The translations under genes were made by a program, and so were the position numbers. This document shows positions 12,701-23,243 of a DNA stretch of 64,000 nucleotides, in pieces; position 1 is the first letter of the stretch; each line of letters opens with the position of its first letter. The notes below the pieces were generated by a model. It saw only the letters and a list, made by a program, of their open reading frames with translations, made no database searches and was not told the DNA's origin. The stretch is taken from positions 1,612,001 to 1,676,000 of the forward strand of contig JAYWIR010000020.1 in assembly GCA_036172245.1 (NCBI GenBank), written 5' to 3'. Source of the DNA: Raillietiella orientalis. Lineage: Eukaryota.

Positions 12701-15700
12701 TCGCGAACAGTGCCGAACACTTCCACAGAGTGCCTCCCGAAGCGTTCCCTTTTTGTGCTTTCAGTGCACTCTGAGCTTTAATCAGGGGGGCTAAAAGGGT
12801 TGAAAATGATACCACGAAGCCTAGGAAGGAACTCGTTCGGTACTCGTCACGAGTCCGGGAACGGCTTACCGACGAGTACCGAGGTACAACTGTATATAAA
12901 TCTGGAAGAATAAATATGCAGTACATGCAGGCAGATTCGTATGAGAAGCAAAGCTAGGATCACAGACTCTTCAAAAAAAAAAACACAAAAACCCAACGGG
13001 GAAAAAAAAAGACCATTAAATTTAATGGCGCTGATGCTAAGGAAAATATCTCGTAAACATCCAGGTTGAATCATGGAGGCACTCTTGTCTGTCACAAAGA
13101 ACAGCAGCCGCTTAAGTCTTTCGATGAAGAACTTCGCGCAGCTGATGGATTACTTTGAGAAGCGGCTTGGAGTTTACAAAATCGGAGAGGAATCATTTTT
13201 AATGTTGCCTTTTAAACATTTCGTTCCGTTTCCTCAGCATGTCGTTCACCAAGAAGAATGCCTGTGATTTCATTTCTTTCATGAGAACGAATGCAACCGT
13301 GTAGAGTCACTCGTGCACTGCGTTGAAGTTTGGGTGGGCACTGGTCCCCCAAGTGCATCCAGAGAGCAGAGCACGAGACTCCGGATTCTGCACAGCAATC
13401 TCATCCACAGCAGGAAAATCGTCCTTCCTGTTGAAGAAAACCTACGAGCCGCACCGCACACCAAGACCCTCTCTTGGCTCCTCTAGGAGCGCCATACCAC
13501 TGGAGTGTGCTAACGCCAGTTGAATGCCTCAATAAGGTCAGGAAGTGAACGGCGGCAGAACAACGGGCTTTTCAAGGATGAGCATCAGCGCACTCGAGTT
13601 TGTCGCTACGCAACTGGTAATCTCGAAACTGAGTGTTGACGGGGAAGTGACTTACTTTGCAGGCCACAGCGCGATTCAAGAGATAATCAGAAAGGTCGGG
13701 GCGAATGAAGAGAAATGGGCCCTTGTGTCCAGTAACCAGAGAGCTCCGGGAGCTTCTAAAACCGGATTGGGTAATGGGAAAAGGAAATCGGGTATTTGTG
13801 CTGGACGTCTGCTGCTCATACGAAAATGGAAGAGAGGCGTTCAGCACAGCCAGAAGAAACAAAGAGGAAAGATACAAGGAGGTAGCCCTCCGGCTGGGCA
13901 GAGGGGGAAAACAACGTACATACATTTATCGTTGGCTCTCTGGGAGCCTGGGATCCAGGAAATGAAGAAGTACTGCAAGATCTGGGAATTTCGAAGAAGC
14001 GATTGGTGACAGTGAGGCAACGGATGCACTCCAGCGATATTTACTCAGCTCACGTCACATGTAAAGGCGGCAACCAGCCGGAGAACCCCAGCGGTCAGCT
14101 CTTACCATACGGAGAACACGAAGTGCAGGAAGCAACACGATGAGGGGCGACGGGCGCCCCAGATAAACAGAGGAAGAACTGCGGAAAAATGTCCAGAGCC
14201 CCAACCTGTTACACAACTGTAAATAGGAACAATAAAACTTCACTGACCGAATCCAAATACCCTTTTTGAAGAGAAAAAGCACGAAAGACTCTACCACTAG
14301 GAAAACCTGTTGCGGACGAAGGGACTTTTGATTTGCTCCCAGAGAGAACAACATCCAGCCTCCCCTCAAAGTTCCTACTTCTGCTTATCGTCAAAATCTT
14401 CGTCGACTTTTCAGAGCGACAGGCCGACCTCCCGGCTCCTCTAGTAATCACACAAGTGCAAGCATGTGACATAAATATACAGCCTTTTCGTTTCATGCAC
14501 GTTTAATCATGCATGTCACGCATGTCCGTCGCTGCGGTTATGAAGGTGCGGCAACCCTTCGCCATCATCACTTCCCACTCATTAAGGTCCAGCTCAATTT
14601 TCCATACATTTACATACAAGCACGTCACATGTAAAGTCCGTCGCAGTGTAGCTCAAGCTACCCTGGCGGCAGACTTTACATTGGAGCTACATCGGGCTTT
14701 ACGTGGGGGCATTGGAGCTGACCGCTCAGAGCCTGCGGGTCTGACCCGGTCCGAGAGGGCTTCGAATGCAACCAGAAGTTTTTTATCACGATGATTAGCC
14801 GTGGCAGCACTCTCTCTCTTCCCCCCCCTTAATCGAGAAGATGAAGCACAGAGCGGCTCGCAACCTGAAAGCCGGCTCGTTCCCGCTGCGAAATGCTCCC
14901 GCCGAGAGTCCCAACTTATAAATAGATACACACTGCATGTGTATGCATACGTTACTTTCATCACATCACAGTGCCTACGCTGGTATGCGCTGGATTCCCA
15001 TGCATCTTTCGTTCCGGAATCGATCTGCTCTGAGGTGTGTCCTCGAAGAACGGCACCATTCGGCTTTAGGAGAGAACCAGAACCGGGAACGAGAACTGGG
15101 AGGAACGCGAGAGAACTGAGAAACAGAATGGATGACAGACGAGGAAAGAACAGCCTGTCCACCCTAAACGGAACGGAACGGGAAAGATACGGATGGGATG
15201 AATTTCCTGAATTCTCTTCCGGGAATCCTTCGAGGTTAACAAGTGATCCAGGTTTCGTGTTCCCAAACTTCAGAGGACAATCGCTCCCGCCTCGTAAGAA
15301 ATTTGAAAAGTTCTCAGCAGGTGGAGCAACCATTTCTTCGCGACCATTTCTTCTCAACAGAGGAAAGACAACTTTCACTGCAAACAGGAAGACAAACCCG
15401 AAAGTGGCCTGCGGAAACTTCCTCAGCTTCTGACCTTACGAGGAGAAACAATGAGGCATCATCATGATGCGAAGAGCACAAAAAGTCGGGGGAGGGGGGA
15501 AGGGAATGAAATCACGGGACGAGGATGAGACCCGAATTCCTTAAAAGGCAAGTGAATCCAATGAAAACTCTGAAGAATGATTGTTTTTAGGTGGTCTCCC
15601 AAGCTACCAGGGGGTGCGGGAGCCTACGTGTCATCCGTCTACGAAAATGCAAAGCGCAGCAGCGCGAGTTACCATGTGGACCTGGGAAGCCCATCGCCCC

Positions 15701-18700
15701 TGCGTCTCCTAAAGGAAGGAAGACTTTTACCTCGGCGAAGCGGCAAACGGGCGATCGGAGTCCTCTACGGGAAGCGAATGGGCGTAACGAAATCCACATT
15801 TGGTCCCTTGGGTGTTTCCATTCACCACGTGCTCGTGCTGCCTCGCAAAGCTCCACTGGTTTCCTGATCTCCCTTAACGACGGCTGCTTCACATCCGATT
15901 TCCTCTGGCGGGCGAGACCCACGCTCCCTGGGATGATGGTAGCTTCCGAAATCTTCCTTCTCGCGGAAACAAGCGTGCAACTTCTGTGCTCATACGATGC
16001 GTTACCTCCAGGGTTTCCAGATCAGCAGCTACCGACGTGATGACTAGCACCACTGATAGTGATGACTAGTGATGAACACGTGATGACCAGCATCACTGTC
16101 GGTGGTGCTAGTCATCACGCATGCTAGTCATCTCCAGGTGAGAAGTGGCTCATTTTGAGAAGCGACAATCGGAATGAGTAACAGACTCCTTCCGGAGCAC
16201 CCGCTGAACAAAGAGCGGAAAAGAAAGTGGACAGTGGACCCACACGCGGGAGAACTAAGAAGTGTGGTTGTCTCACGAGCCACAAGTTAATCACGAACGA
16301 TTCCACAGATGAAGGAGTACTAAGAACGAAAGACGACCAGCGAGGATTCTCAAGCGTCTTCGGATGCTCAGCTGACGAGCTGAAGAGTCGAAAGAAAAGC
16401 GACGGAAATCCGCTGCTTGGTTTCCGCTAAGCAGATCATTTGCTGCATGGAGATGACAAGCCACTTTGATTTTCACGGACCGAAATTCCCAAGAAAATGA
16501 ACCGAGGATGCACGGATCTTCATGGGGCCCGCTTGATGAATTTGTGGCGGCTTTTGAAGAACGAAAACGATGAAAACGAAACGCTTTCCCTGGAAGAAAC
16601 GATTAGGACTGGGGAAGAAAGTATGGGGAGCCTACGCAAACCGCTAGGGTTAGGTGACGGAGCTGGAAATGTTGAGAAATTTATGGTGGAAGCAAGCATC
16701 CGTGCAAGCCTCGAAGACACTGCATCGAACGCCTTCGGCCAAATCAAAGGAGGAGCGATCGAGCTCTGCATTCCGTTTTCCCGAATTTCCCGCGGTTCCT
16801 CTTCGCTTCCCGTCTTGGCCTTCGGTCGGGAGCGTCTATTTACGCACCACGAGATTCTGCTGCGCGGCAATCCCAAGGACCCCCAGAGAGCGCCGAGTTC
16901 GAAAGGCTCCTTCCTCCTGCCTTTCGAGCTCGGCGCACGCATTTGGCTGAGGAGGAAGGGCGGAGGAGCGGAATGGAGAGCACGGGAAGAAGCGAAAGAG
17001 GAAGAATCCTCGCCACCAGCCATAAACAAACTCGACTTTACCTTCCTTCAAAATGATGTTTCAGATAGTCAAATATGGCTTTCTGCATCATGTCGGTAAC
17101 TTCATAGCCTTTCAGGGAAGGCCCAACTAATACAACGGGACGCATAGAAGGCACTACATCGTAGGGAGAGAGAACTTCCAGTTTCTTGAAGAAAGCTTTC
17201 TTCTTTTCTTTGCTGTGGAGGTTCGCAGAGGTTTTGGCTCCTTTATTGCTCAGGCTGTCTGAGTCTTCTCCCAAGTTCGTTTCCACGTCATTCTGTTCCA
17301 CTTCTAAAACTGAGAAGTCTGTTACAGGTTTTAGAACAGCAAGCAGAGACCACCACGTCTCTATCTACTATGAACACAGGTGGGCAGCTGAACGCTTTTA
17401 GAGAGGCACCTGCTTTAGTCAGCGAATGTGCGAAAATGTCGGCTCTTGGCGTTGGGGGAGGGGGCGGACAACCACCACGGGGTTTGAGGGTCGCTTCTGC
17501 TTCCCTAAAACCATCCCCTGCTCCCTTCGCGTTCCGTAAATCAGGGCTTTTCCCTCCCCAAGAACTCGGGACTCGTGAGGGTTCCGCTGCCGCCTTCGAC
17601 TTGGGAGTGAGCGATCGCAAACGCTGATGAGGGAAAACTCGCTCGACGCGAGGGCGTTGATTCAGTTGGTGGTAGACGCAGGGGGGTGGGAGCCGAGGTG
17701 TAGGTCTAGGTCGATGGGATTCGCCGTCCAATGGGATTATCCGGGAAGGAGGAGAGGAAAGTAAGTACCCAAAGCCAAAACCCGCAGCACACCGCATGCA
17801 TCCATGCCCGCTCCCTCGCGCGCGCGTGCAACGCGACTGTGCGTGCGCGCAACGCGCGACCTTGGAAAAAAGTTAACCATCGCTCGGAACTTTGCAGGCG
17901 CGGCGTCACTCTGGAGAAATTTCCAGAGTGGGGAGGGGGGGGGATCCCCGGGAAGGTAATAGTTGAAAGGTTGAAACGGCTACCGCGAAGAGCAGCCGGA
18001 GGAACTTGTGCTCCTCGATTCTAGGGCGCCGCGAGTCGATTCGGGATGTCGCTGGAGCAAATCCGAGAAGGACGGAGACTGCCTAATTAAAACTTGAAAA
18101 GACGTTTCTTTCTTTCGATCTCAATGAAAAAGCAATAACTGAAACAAATTCTTGTTTCCTGGAAATTTCTTGCAGTGTTCTTCGCCGCCTCACATATCCT
18201 CCTCAACAGAATATTGACAACCGCTGCTTAATAAATGGTACAGCGAGGAAAAGCAAACAAAGAGAACTAAATGGAATGGGAACTAATGAGCGGGAGTGAA
18301 CGGATGAGAGAACGGTAATGGTCCATCCGTCTGTTTGCAGAGAAGATCCGATTTTGTTAAACCATAAATGAATTCTGAGCATTACAATGACGATGGCCGA
18401 AGAATACTAATTCGATACTTTTCTCTCGGCATCCATTCAGATGGATGGAAGGCAGAGCTTCGTTTGATAACGAACGGAATGGAAAAGCAATGGACCTGGC
18501 TGTCGCTAAAAAAAAGATCTTTCCACTTCGAGGGAGGAAGACAGCCGTCGCAAAAGCAAGGCGGTGAGGAAAGGTGAGGCTCACGAATAGCAGATCTGAA
18601 GCAAAGGGAAGCTTAGAAAGAGACCGTGCGCACGGTGCACTAAATTCAGGAATTCATCGACGAAATTAGGAGACAGAGCAGAGCAGAGAAGAATCTGGAC

Positions 18701-21700
18701 GATGCTGACGCGCCCAGGAAGGGAAATTTTCCTCGAAACTCGTGGAGCCGGGGGGGAGGGACCCATCTAGCTACGTTTCCCGCACGTCATCTAACGGAAA
18801 GCGAATTCATCTGCTCCCCCATCCACGGAGCAGCTTTGGTGCCTTCATGATTCAAGGAATGCGTGGCGGTTCGTCTTTTAAGATCGCTCTATCATTCTAT
18901 GAGCCTCTCGTGGAGGTCGCCGTGGAATACAGAGCGGAAATCCCTACGTGCGTGTTCTCTTTTCGTATGCAGCGACGCGAAAAGCATCTGCCAACACATA
19001 GCAAAGAAGAGGTCATACACGATTTTCGATAGATCGGTAAATAATCATTCGTTTCCTATGGATTTTATTTTTATACATTTCTTGTAGATTTTTTTGCGGC
19101 TTCGTCTTTACATTGTAGAGGAGGTACTGTCGCAGGTTCTCTAGCGGCGAAAGACGGAGAAAGCTTTCCCACACAGAGAAATCGCAGCTGCCAAAGATAA
19201 TCATCGTCGGCAAGACTTGACAAGAACTCGGACTTGAAGAACACCAGGTAGAGATTTCCGGTCTTTTTTGTTGTTGGGAAGATTAACGACACGAAGAGCA
19301 CTTCGATCACGCTTGCGCTTTGGCCCGGCTACCGAAAAGTCTTTGGTAGGAAGGGATCATCTGATCCCTCTGGACCGGGTTGCACCGCCCTAGGAAAGTT
19401 CTCGCCGCAGGTCGTCGCAGGATCAAAAGAAGCAAGGGGGGAAAAAACTGACTGCCTCCGCTGCGCGGGGGTTGAGAATTCCGTGCAGCCTCCAGGGAGG
19501 GACGGAAAGATTCGTCTCCTGCGCTGTGATTCGCTTCGTCCGCGGTGCGTGCCATGGAAGGTGTAGCCCTTGTCCTGCGATCGGGTACGAGAAGGGCCTG
19601 CTCGGGATCATGCCGGCTCCCCACCTTGTTATCTACGGCGAGCGTGGACGACGCGAGAAGAATGCGTTCAGGACTCCGCGGATCGCAGATCTTTCCAAGA
19701 CCAACGAGTTTGCTGCTTTCGTTGCTATCGTGGATGCTGTTTCTGTTCTTGACTTCTGATGCGCTTGCGAGCATCCTAGTTCACAGTTTGGCAACGGAGG
19801 GTGTCTGAAGTCAGCCTCCTGGATCACAAAGCGTGCGGCAAGACGGGGAAAGGAAGGAAGAACTGAGACGTCGGTGGTCGGAAGGCGGAGGAGGCAGACA
19901 GAGACGCACAAATGAGAAAGATGAGTGTTGAACTCTCGTCATCGGAAATGCATCTTTCTAGAAGTGCGAAGAGAAGGAAGAGGCACCCGAACCACCGCGT
20001 TCCAAGGCAAGGAAGAAACAGATTGAACCGACAGCCTCAGGTTCAGCAGAGAGCGATCTCTTGGCTGCATGGGTCCAAAGAACGAAACCTGGAACACGAT
20101 GGAGAAGGCAACGATGATTCCGAAAGAAGCAGAGATCGAAGACGCCCGCGTGTACAGCAGTCTTATAGGGCGGGGCGGGGAGGAGGAGAGGGAGAAGCTG
20201 CTGCTGTCCGTGTTTCAGAAATAAGACGCAAGATTTCAAAAACACCAAGGGTGCTCCCCGAAGCAACGATTCTTCACAAGAGTGGTCGCAGCGCGCGGAT
20301 GCTGCGGCAGTCGACTTTGGCAAAGACGACCTTCTGCTTCCGGATTCCGATCCGCAGAGGGTGGTGCACCCAAAACAGAGTAGGCACAGCCACCGAAAAG
20401 GGACCCCACAGCGGTGCCGCCGGCTGAGAGAGAGCAGGCTGCGCCTAGTCTTCCCTGCAGTGCGCCTACGTGCGCCGAGCGACGGGGAAGGAGGGAAAGG
20501 GGAGCCAGGACCGCGCGCGCGTCGCCGGCGCCGGCGCCTCCAGGGGTGGCCAATGCAGGACTCATCGTCCGGAGGGCGAGAGCGCGCTCGGGGATGGGGG
20601 GGGTGGGGTAAGAAGGAAACCCCCCGAGGGACGAGAGAAGCTCGCCAAGGTCGGATGCAGCCAGCGCGTACCTGGAATTGCAGGCGTAGAACCTCGTGAG
20701 CTGTTTCCTTTACTATTAGCCAGCACTTCATTCATCAGAGCTCCAAGATTGCCCGACGAAAGAGTTTTGCTGGAATACAGTTTAGGATTGCGTGTTTGGG
20801 ATTGTTGCAAGCGTAAATTTTCCAGCTTTACTGGAGAAGGTACAAAACCCACGTCACTTCCTTCTTTGACAAGTCTTCCGATCCACCAATTATTATCATA
20901 CTTTTCCTTTACAAGTATAATAGTTAAGTTATGCAACAGAGTTCAGCAGCAGTGCAAAGATCAGCAGTCAATGCATCAAGCAGAGCCAATGAAACTGACC
21001 TTTATGTGTATGAAGTCGCCAACTTTAAAAGAAATCGCACAGCCATGGACTGGTGAGTCGTCGTCCACGGAACCGTCGTAGACGACGTTGGTGCGCACGG
21101 AAAACGCCACGGTTTTGTTCTGAAAGAGGTCACACGCGTTTCTTCCCAGTGAGGTCGGCGCGCGCGCGCGCGAAAAGAAGGCGGAATGGGGAGAAAGCAG
21201 AAGAGGAAAAGGGAAGGGGAAGGGGGAACTCCCTCTTCCGGCGGCAGACGAGATGCGCCTCTGACGGAGGAGACGGTTCGCGGCTCACCCGCGCACCACA
21301 TCGGCCCGAGAGCGATTAGCAGCGGCGGTGGGCCGGCAGGGAGCAGGGAGCAGCTGTGGGATGCTTCCATCCCAAAGCATAGAAGCATCCCACAGCTGAG
21401 GAGAGTCTCCGGCGAGCAAGCGGCCGATACCACCGGTTCCCCCCCTTCCTCCGCTATGTCTGCGATGCGTACAACCTGCGCCTCTACGTGAAAAAGGGTG
21501 GGGACGGATTTCCGCGTAGAGTTTTTTCTTGTCTTTCTTCTTTCTCCTCCTCCTCCTTCTTCTCAGTTGGGCCTTGAGCCGTGGGAGAGAGCGCGCCGAC
21601 CACGCTAATCCGACAAGACGCCGCCGCAGCTCGCAGCGCTGTGTTTGTGAGAAATTACAGACTTCCGCGTGGTGCGCGCGCCAGCGCGCCCCATCCTCTG

Positions 21701-23243
21701 ACGCAGCTCCGGAAGCAGAGGACCCCCTCCCGTCGCTGCTGCACGGCCGGAATCCCCCCTCGAGGCCTCCGGAAACTGACCCCTGGATCTCCCGCCGCCC
21801 TGCCAACTGCGACGCCTGCTGGCAGGAGGCGGCAGAGTCTAACTCCCGGGCTGGTAGTGCGCCCGGGGAATCTCCTGGGCGCACTACCAGCGTTCGAACT
21901 ATCTCCTCGGTAAGCCCGCAGGATGGGAACGCGGCGGTCCCGGGTCACGGTCGCACTCCTCGCCTCCTCACCGCCCGTCCCTGCTCTGAGGGCAAACAGC
22001 GATGGCAACCCACCGGCGGGATGGGAGCTCCCCTGCGCCGTTGTGGGGAGTCAAAAAACTCCTGCACGGCTGGACCGCGAGCGAGTTGGTCACTCGTTCG
22101 CGGGTGGAGGGACAATTTCGGGGCAGCGAGCTGCTCGCTTGGTATCCCCCCCTCTCCCCGAGGAATCGGCGGTTCCCCCTTCGAATGAGAGCACCCCAGT
22201 ATTCTCCCTAAGATGAAAACGGGGTGTTCCGCTGTTCCTGCACCGAGGTTTCCCGTGCCACCTGCGCAGACAGCTCGTCCAAGAGTCCCCAATCTGTTCG
22301 AGGCGCGGGACGCGTGGTGCCCTCCGCGGACTCTGGCGGAGGCCACATCTTCTGCTTCCGGAGGACACCGCCCTAGGGCTTGCCGCGGCGATCCTTCGCG
22401 CGAGGCAGACTCACGGCAGGCGCCGTGCTCGCGACGGCATGCTGCTGCAATCCGCGCCATCGCCGAAGCCCGCCGCGTGCTGGAGTCCCTGGCTCAGGCG
22501 AAGGGGAGGTCATCCGCTCAGCAGACGCCTTCGTGAGTACGGCTGCGGGGCGGCCTCCTACTTGGAGCAAGTCGCCAGGGAGGTCGCCCGCCATTCAGGG
22601 TCACTTTCCGGAAGCAAAGAGTGGCTGAAGCCAAAGCCCCACTCCCCTCCCCGTTCCTACCCTCCTGTCTTTTTTTTTTTTATTTATTCTTTGTCCCATC
22701 TTTCCCGCTCCGGACTTCCTTCAGAGCCAGCCTGCGCGCTGGCGGTCACTTCCGCTGAGCTTTCCCTTCCTTTTCGGGAACCGAGTTCCCGACTTGCGAG
22801 TTTCTTTTCGAACGAGTGGACCGGCGTGGACCGGCTGGACTGGCTGAAAAGGGCAGGAGGTCTGCGCGTTCACCCTTGCGCGCAGGAGGGCAGCGTCAGC
22901 CAGCCGGCCCCGCGCGCCGTTCCGGCCGAAGCGCGCGTGCATGCACGGCGTTCTGCGAACTCACCCCAGCGTTCTCCAGGACGGAAGGCTGGAAGTTGCT
23001 TCGCCCCCTCTCCGGGCCCTCTGTAGACATGCAAAGCGGGGAGGGGGGTCGGGGCCGAGGAAGAGTGGGAGGGAAAACGGGAAAGAAAGGAAAAGGGAAG
23101 CAGTGCATGGCAATGCAAATATTTACTCTGGCTTTTTCGAGCTGCGCCAAGGCTAGTCGCTCCGTTTCCCTCCTGAGTATCTCACGTTCTTCATCGAGTG
23201 ACAGATCTGAAGATGGCTGACTATAATTGGAATCTGCTGAGCC
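2940..23243 (-). CDS. CACNB: Voltage-dependent calcium channel beta subunit (SH3-HOOK-GK MAGUK-like protein), spliced CDS, 5'-incomplete: join(23243-23127,21119-21000,20906-20672,17303-17042,7718-7553,7505-7407,6027-5724,3709-2940)
   Basis: Exon translations contain Cav-beta hallmarks: [73 protein letters not shown] (BID), [36 protein letters not shown] and [30 protein letters not shown]. All seven introns are GT-AG with matching phases (0,0,1,2,0,0,1). Confidence 0.97.
3418..3513. repeat. Imperfect (TCC)n trinucleotide repeat encoding poly-Glu on the minus strand
   Basis: Visible tcc/ttc arrays, in frame with the terminal exon. Confidence 0.95.
5724..6027 (-). CDS. CACNB: Cav-beta exon: GK domain end and proximal C-tail ([65 protein letters not shown]...DSPEMEE)
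   Basis: Acceptor cccgcag| at 6028. Donor AAG|gtaaaa at 5723 is phase 1 and matches the 3709 acceptor. The 3' boundary is less certain because read-through reaches a TGA at 5638-5640. Confidence 0.9.
7407..7505 (-). CDS. CACNB: Cav-beta exon: GK domain ([33 protein letters not shown])
   Basis: 99 nt, phase 0-0, acceptor cttccag| after a 47-nt intron and donor AAG|gtaaag. Confidence 0.95.
7553..7718 (-). CDS. CACNB: Cav-beta exon: GK domain ([56 protein letters not shown])
   Basis: 166 nt, phase 2-0, acceptor gtttcag| and donor CAG|gtaggg. Confidence 0.95.
8762..8794. repeat. Perfect palindrome, 16-bp arms with a 1-nt centre
   Basis: gtaactcaccgctatc-c-gatagcggtgagttac. Confidence 0.95.
9330..9361. 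repeat. A-rich (TAAAAA)n simple repeat
   Basis: aaaataaaaaaaataaaaataaaaataaaaa. Confidence 0.85.
13400..14070 (+). mobile_element. Degenerate 3' end of an RLE-bearing non-LTR retrotransposon (R2 group, NeSL/Utopia-like): decayed CCHC region plus restriction-like endonuclease
   Basis: Across frameshifts the + strand reads [10 protein letters not shown] (13665), [24 protein letters not shown] (PD at 13762), [41 protein letters not shown] (13925) and DIYSAHVT (14036). This is the motif order known for RLE-clade ORF C-termini. The 5' boundary is approximate. Confidence 0.8.
16036..16132. repeat. Fold-back element built from GTGATGACTAG-like units, ~30-bp imperfect stem (16036-16119)
   Basis: cgtgatgactagcaccactgatagtgatg pairs with catcactgtcggtggtgctagtcatcacg. 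The unit occurs four times forward and twice in reverse. Confidence 0.85.
17042..17303 (-). CDS. CACNB: Cav-beta exon: HOOK end, SH3 strand 5, BID and start of GK (...[56 protein letters not shown])
   Basis: 262 nt, phase 1-2, acceptor ttttag| (an alternative in-frame cag| lies 6 nt upstream) and donor AG|gtaaag. Confidence 0.94.
20672..20906 (-). CDS. CACNB: Cav-beta exon: SH3 second part and start of HOOK ([32 protein letters not shown]...RGSTPAIP)
   Basis: 235 nt, phase 0-1, following a 93-nt intron. Acceptor tgtaaag|, donor CCAG|gtacgc. Confidence 0.93.
21000..21119 (-). CDS. CACNB: Cav-beta exon: SH3 first part ([40 protein letters not shown])
   Basis: 120 nt, phase 0-0, acceptor ctttcag| and donor |gtcagt. 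Carries the conserved VAFxVRTNV and DFxHIK motifs. Not shown in this frame in the ORF track. Confidence 0.95.
21351..21398. repeat. Hairpin with perfect 17-bp arms (cagctgtgggatgcttc / gaagcatcccacagctg)
   Basis: Direct inspection. The stem extends to 20 bp with one G-U pair on the minus strand. Confidence 0.9.
23127..23243 (-). CDS. CACNB: Cav-beta exon: N-terminal helix ([39 protein letters not shown])
   Basis: 117 nt, phase 0-0, acceptor ttacag| and donor |gtaaat. There is an in-frame TGA and no ATG just upstream, so a further upstream coding exon is required. Confidence 0.95.

Noticed and set aside
16227..16700. RTKKCGC motif resembling a MULE/FAR1 N-terminus
   Set aside because: A single short motif with no downstream DDE or SWIM motifs.
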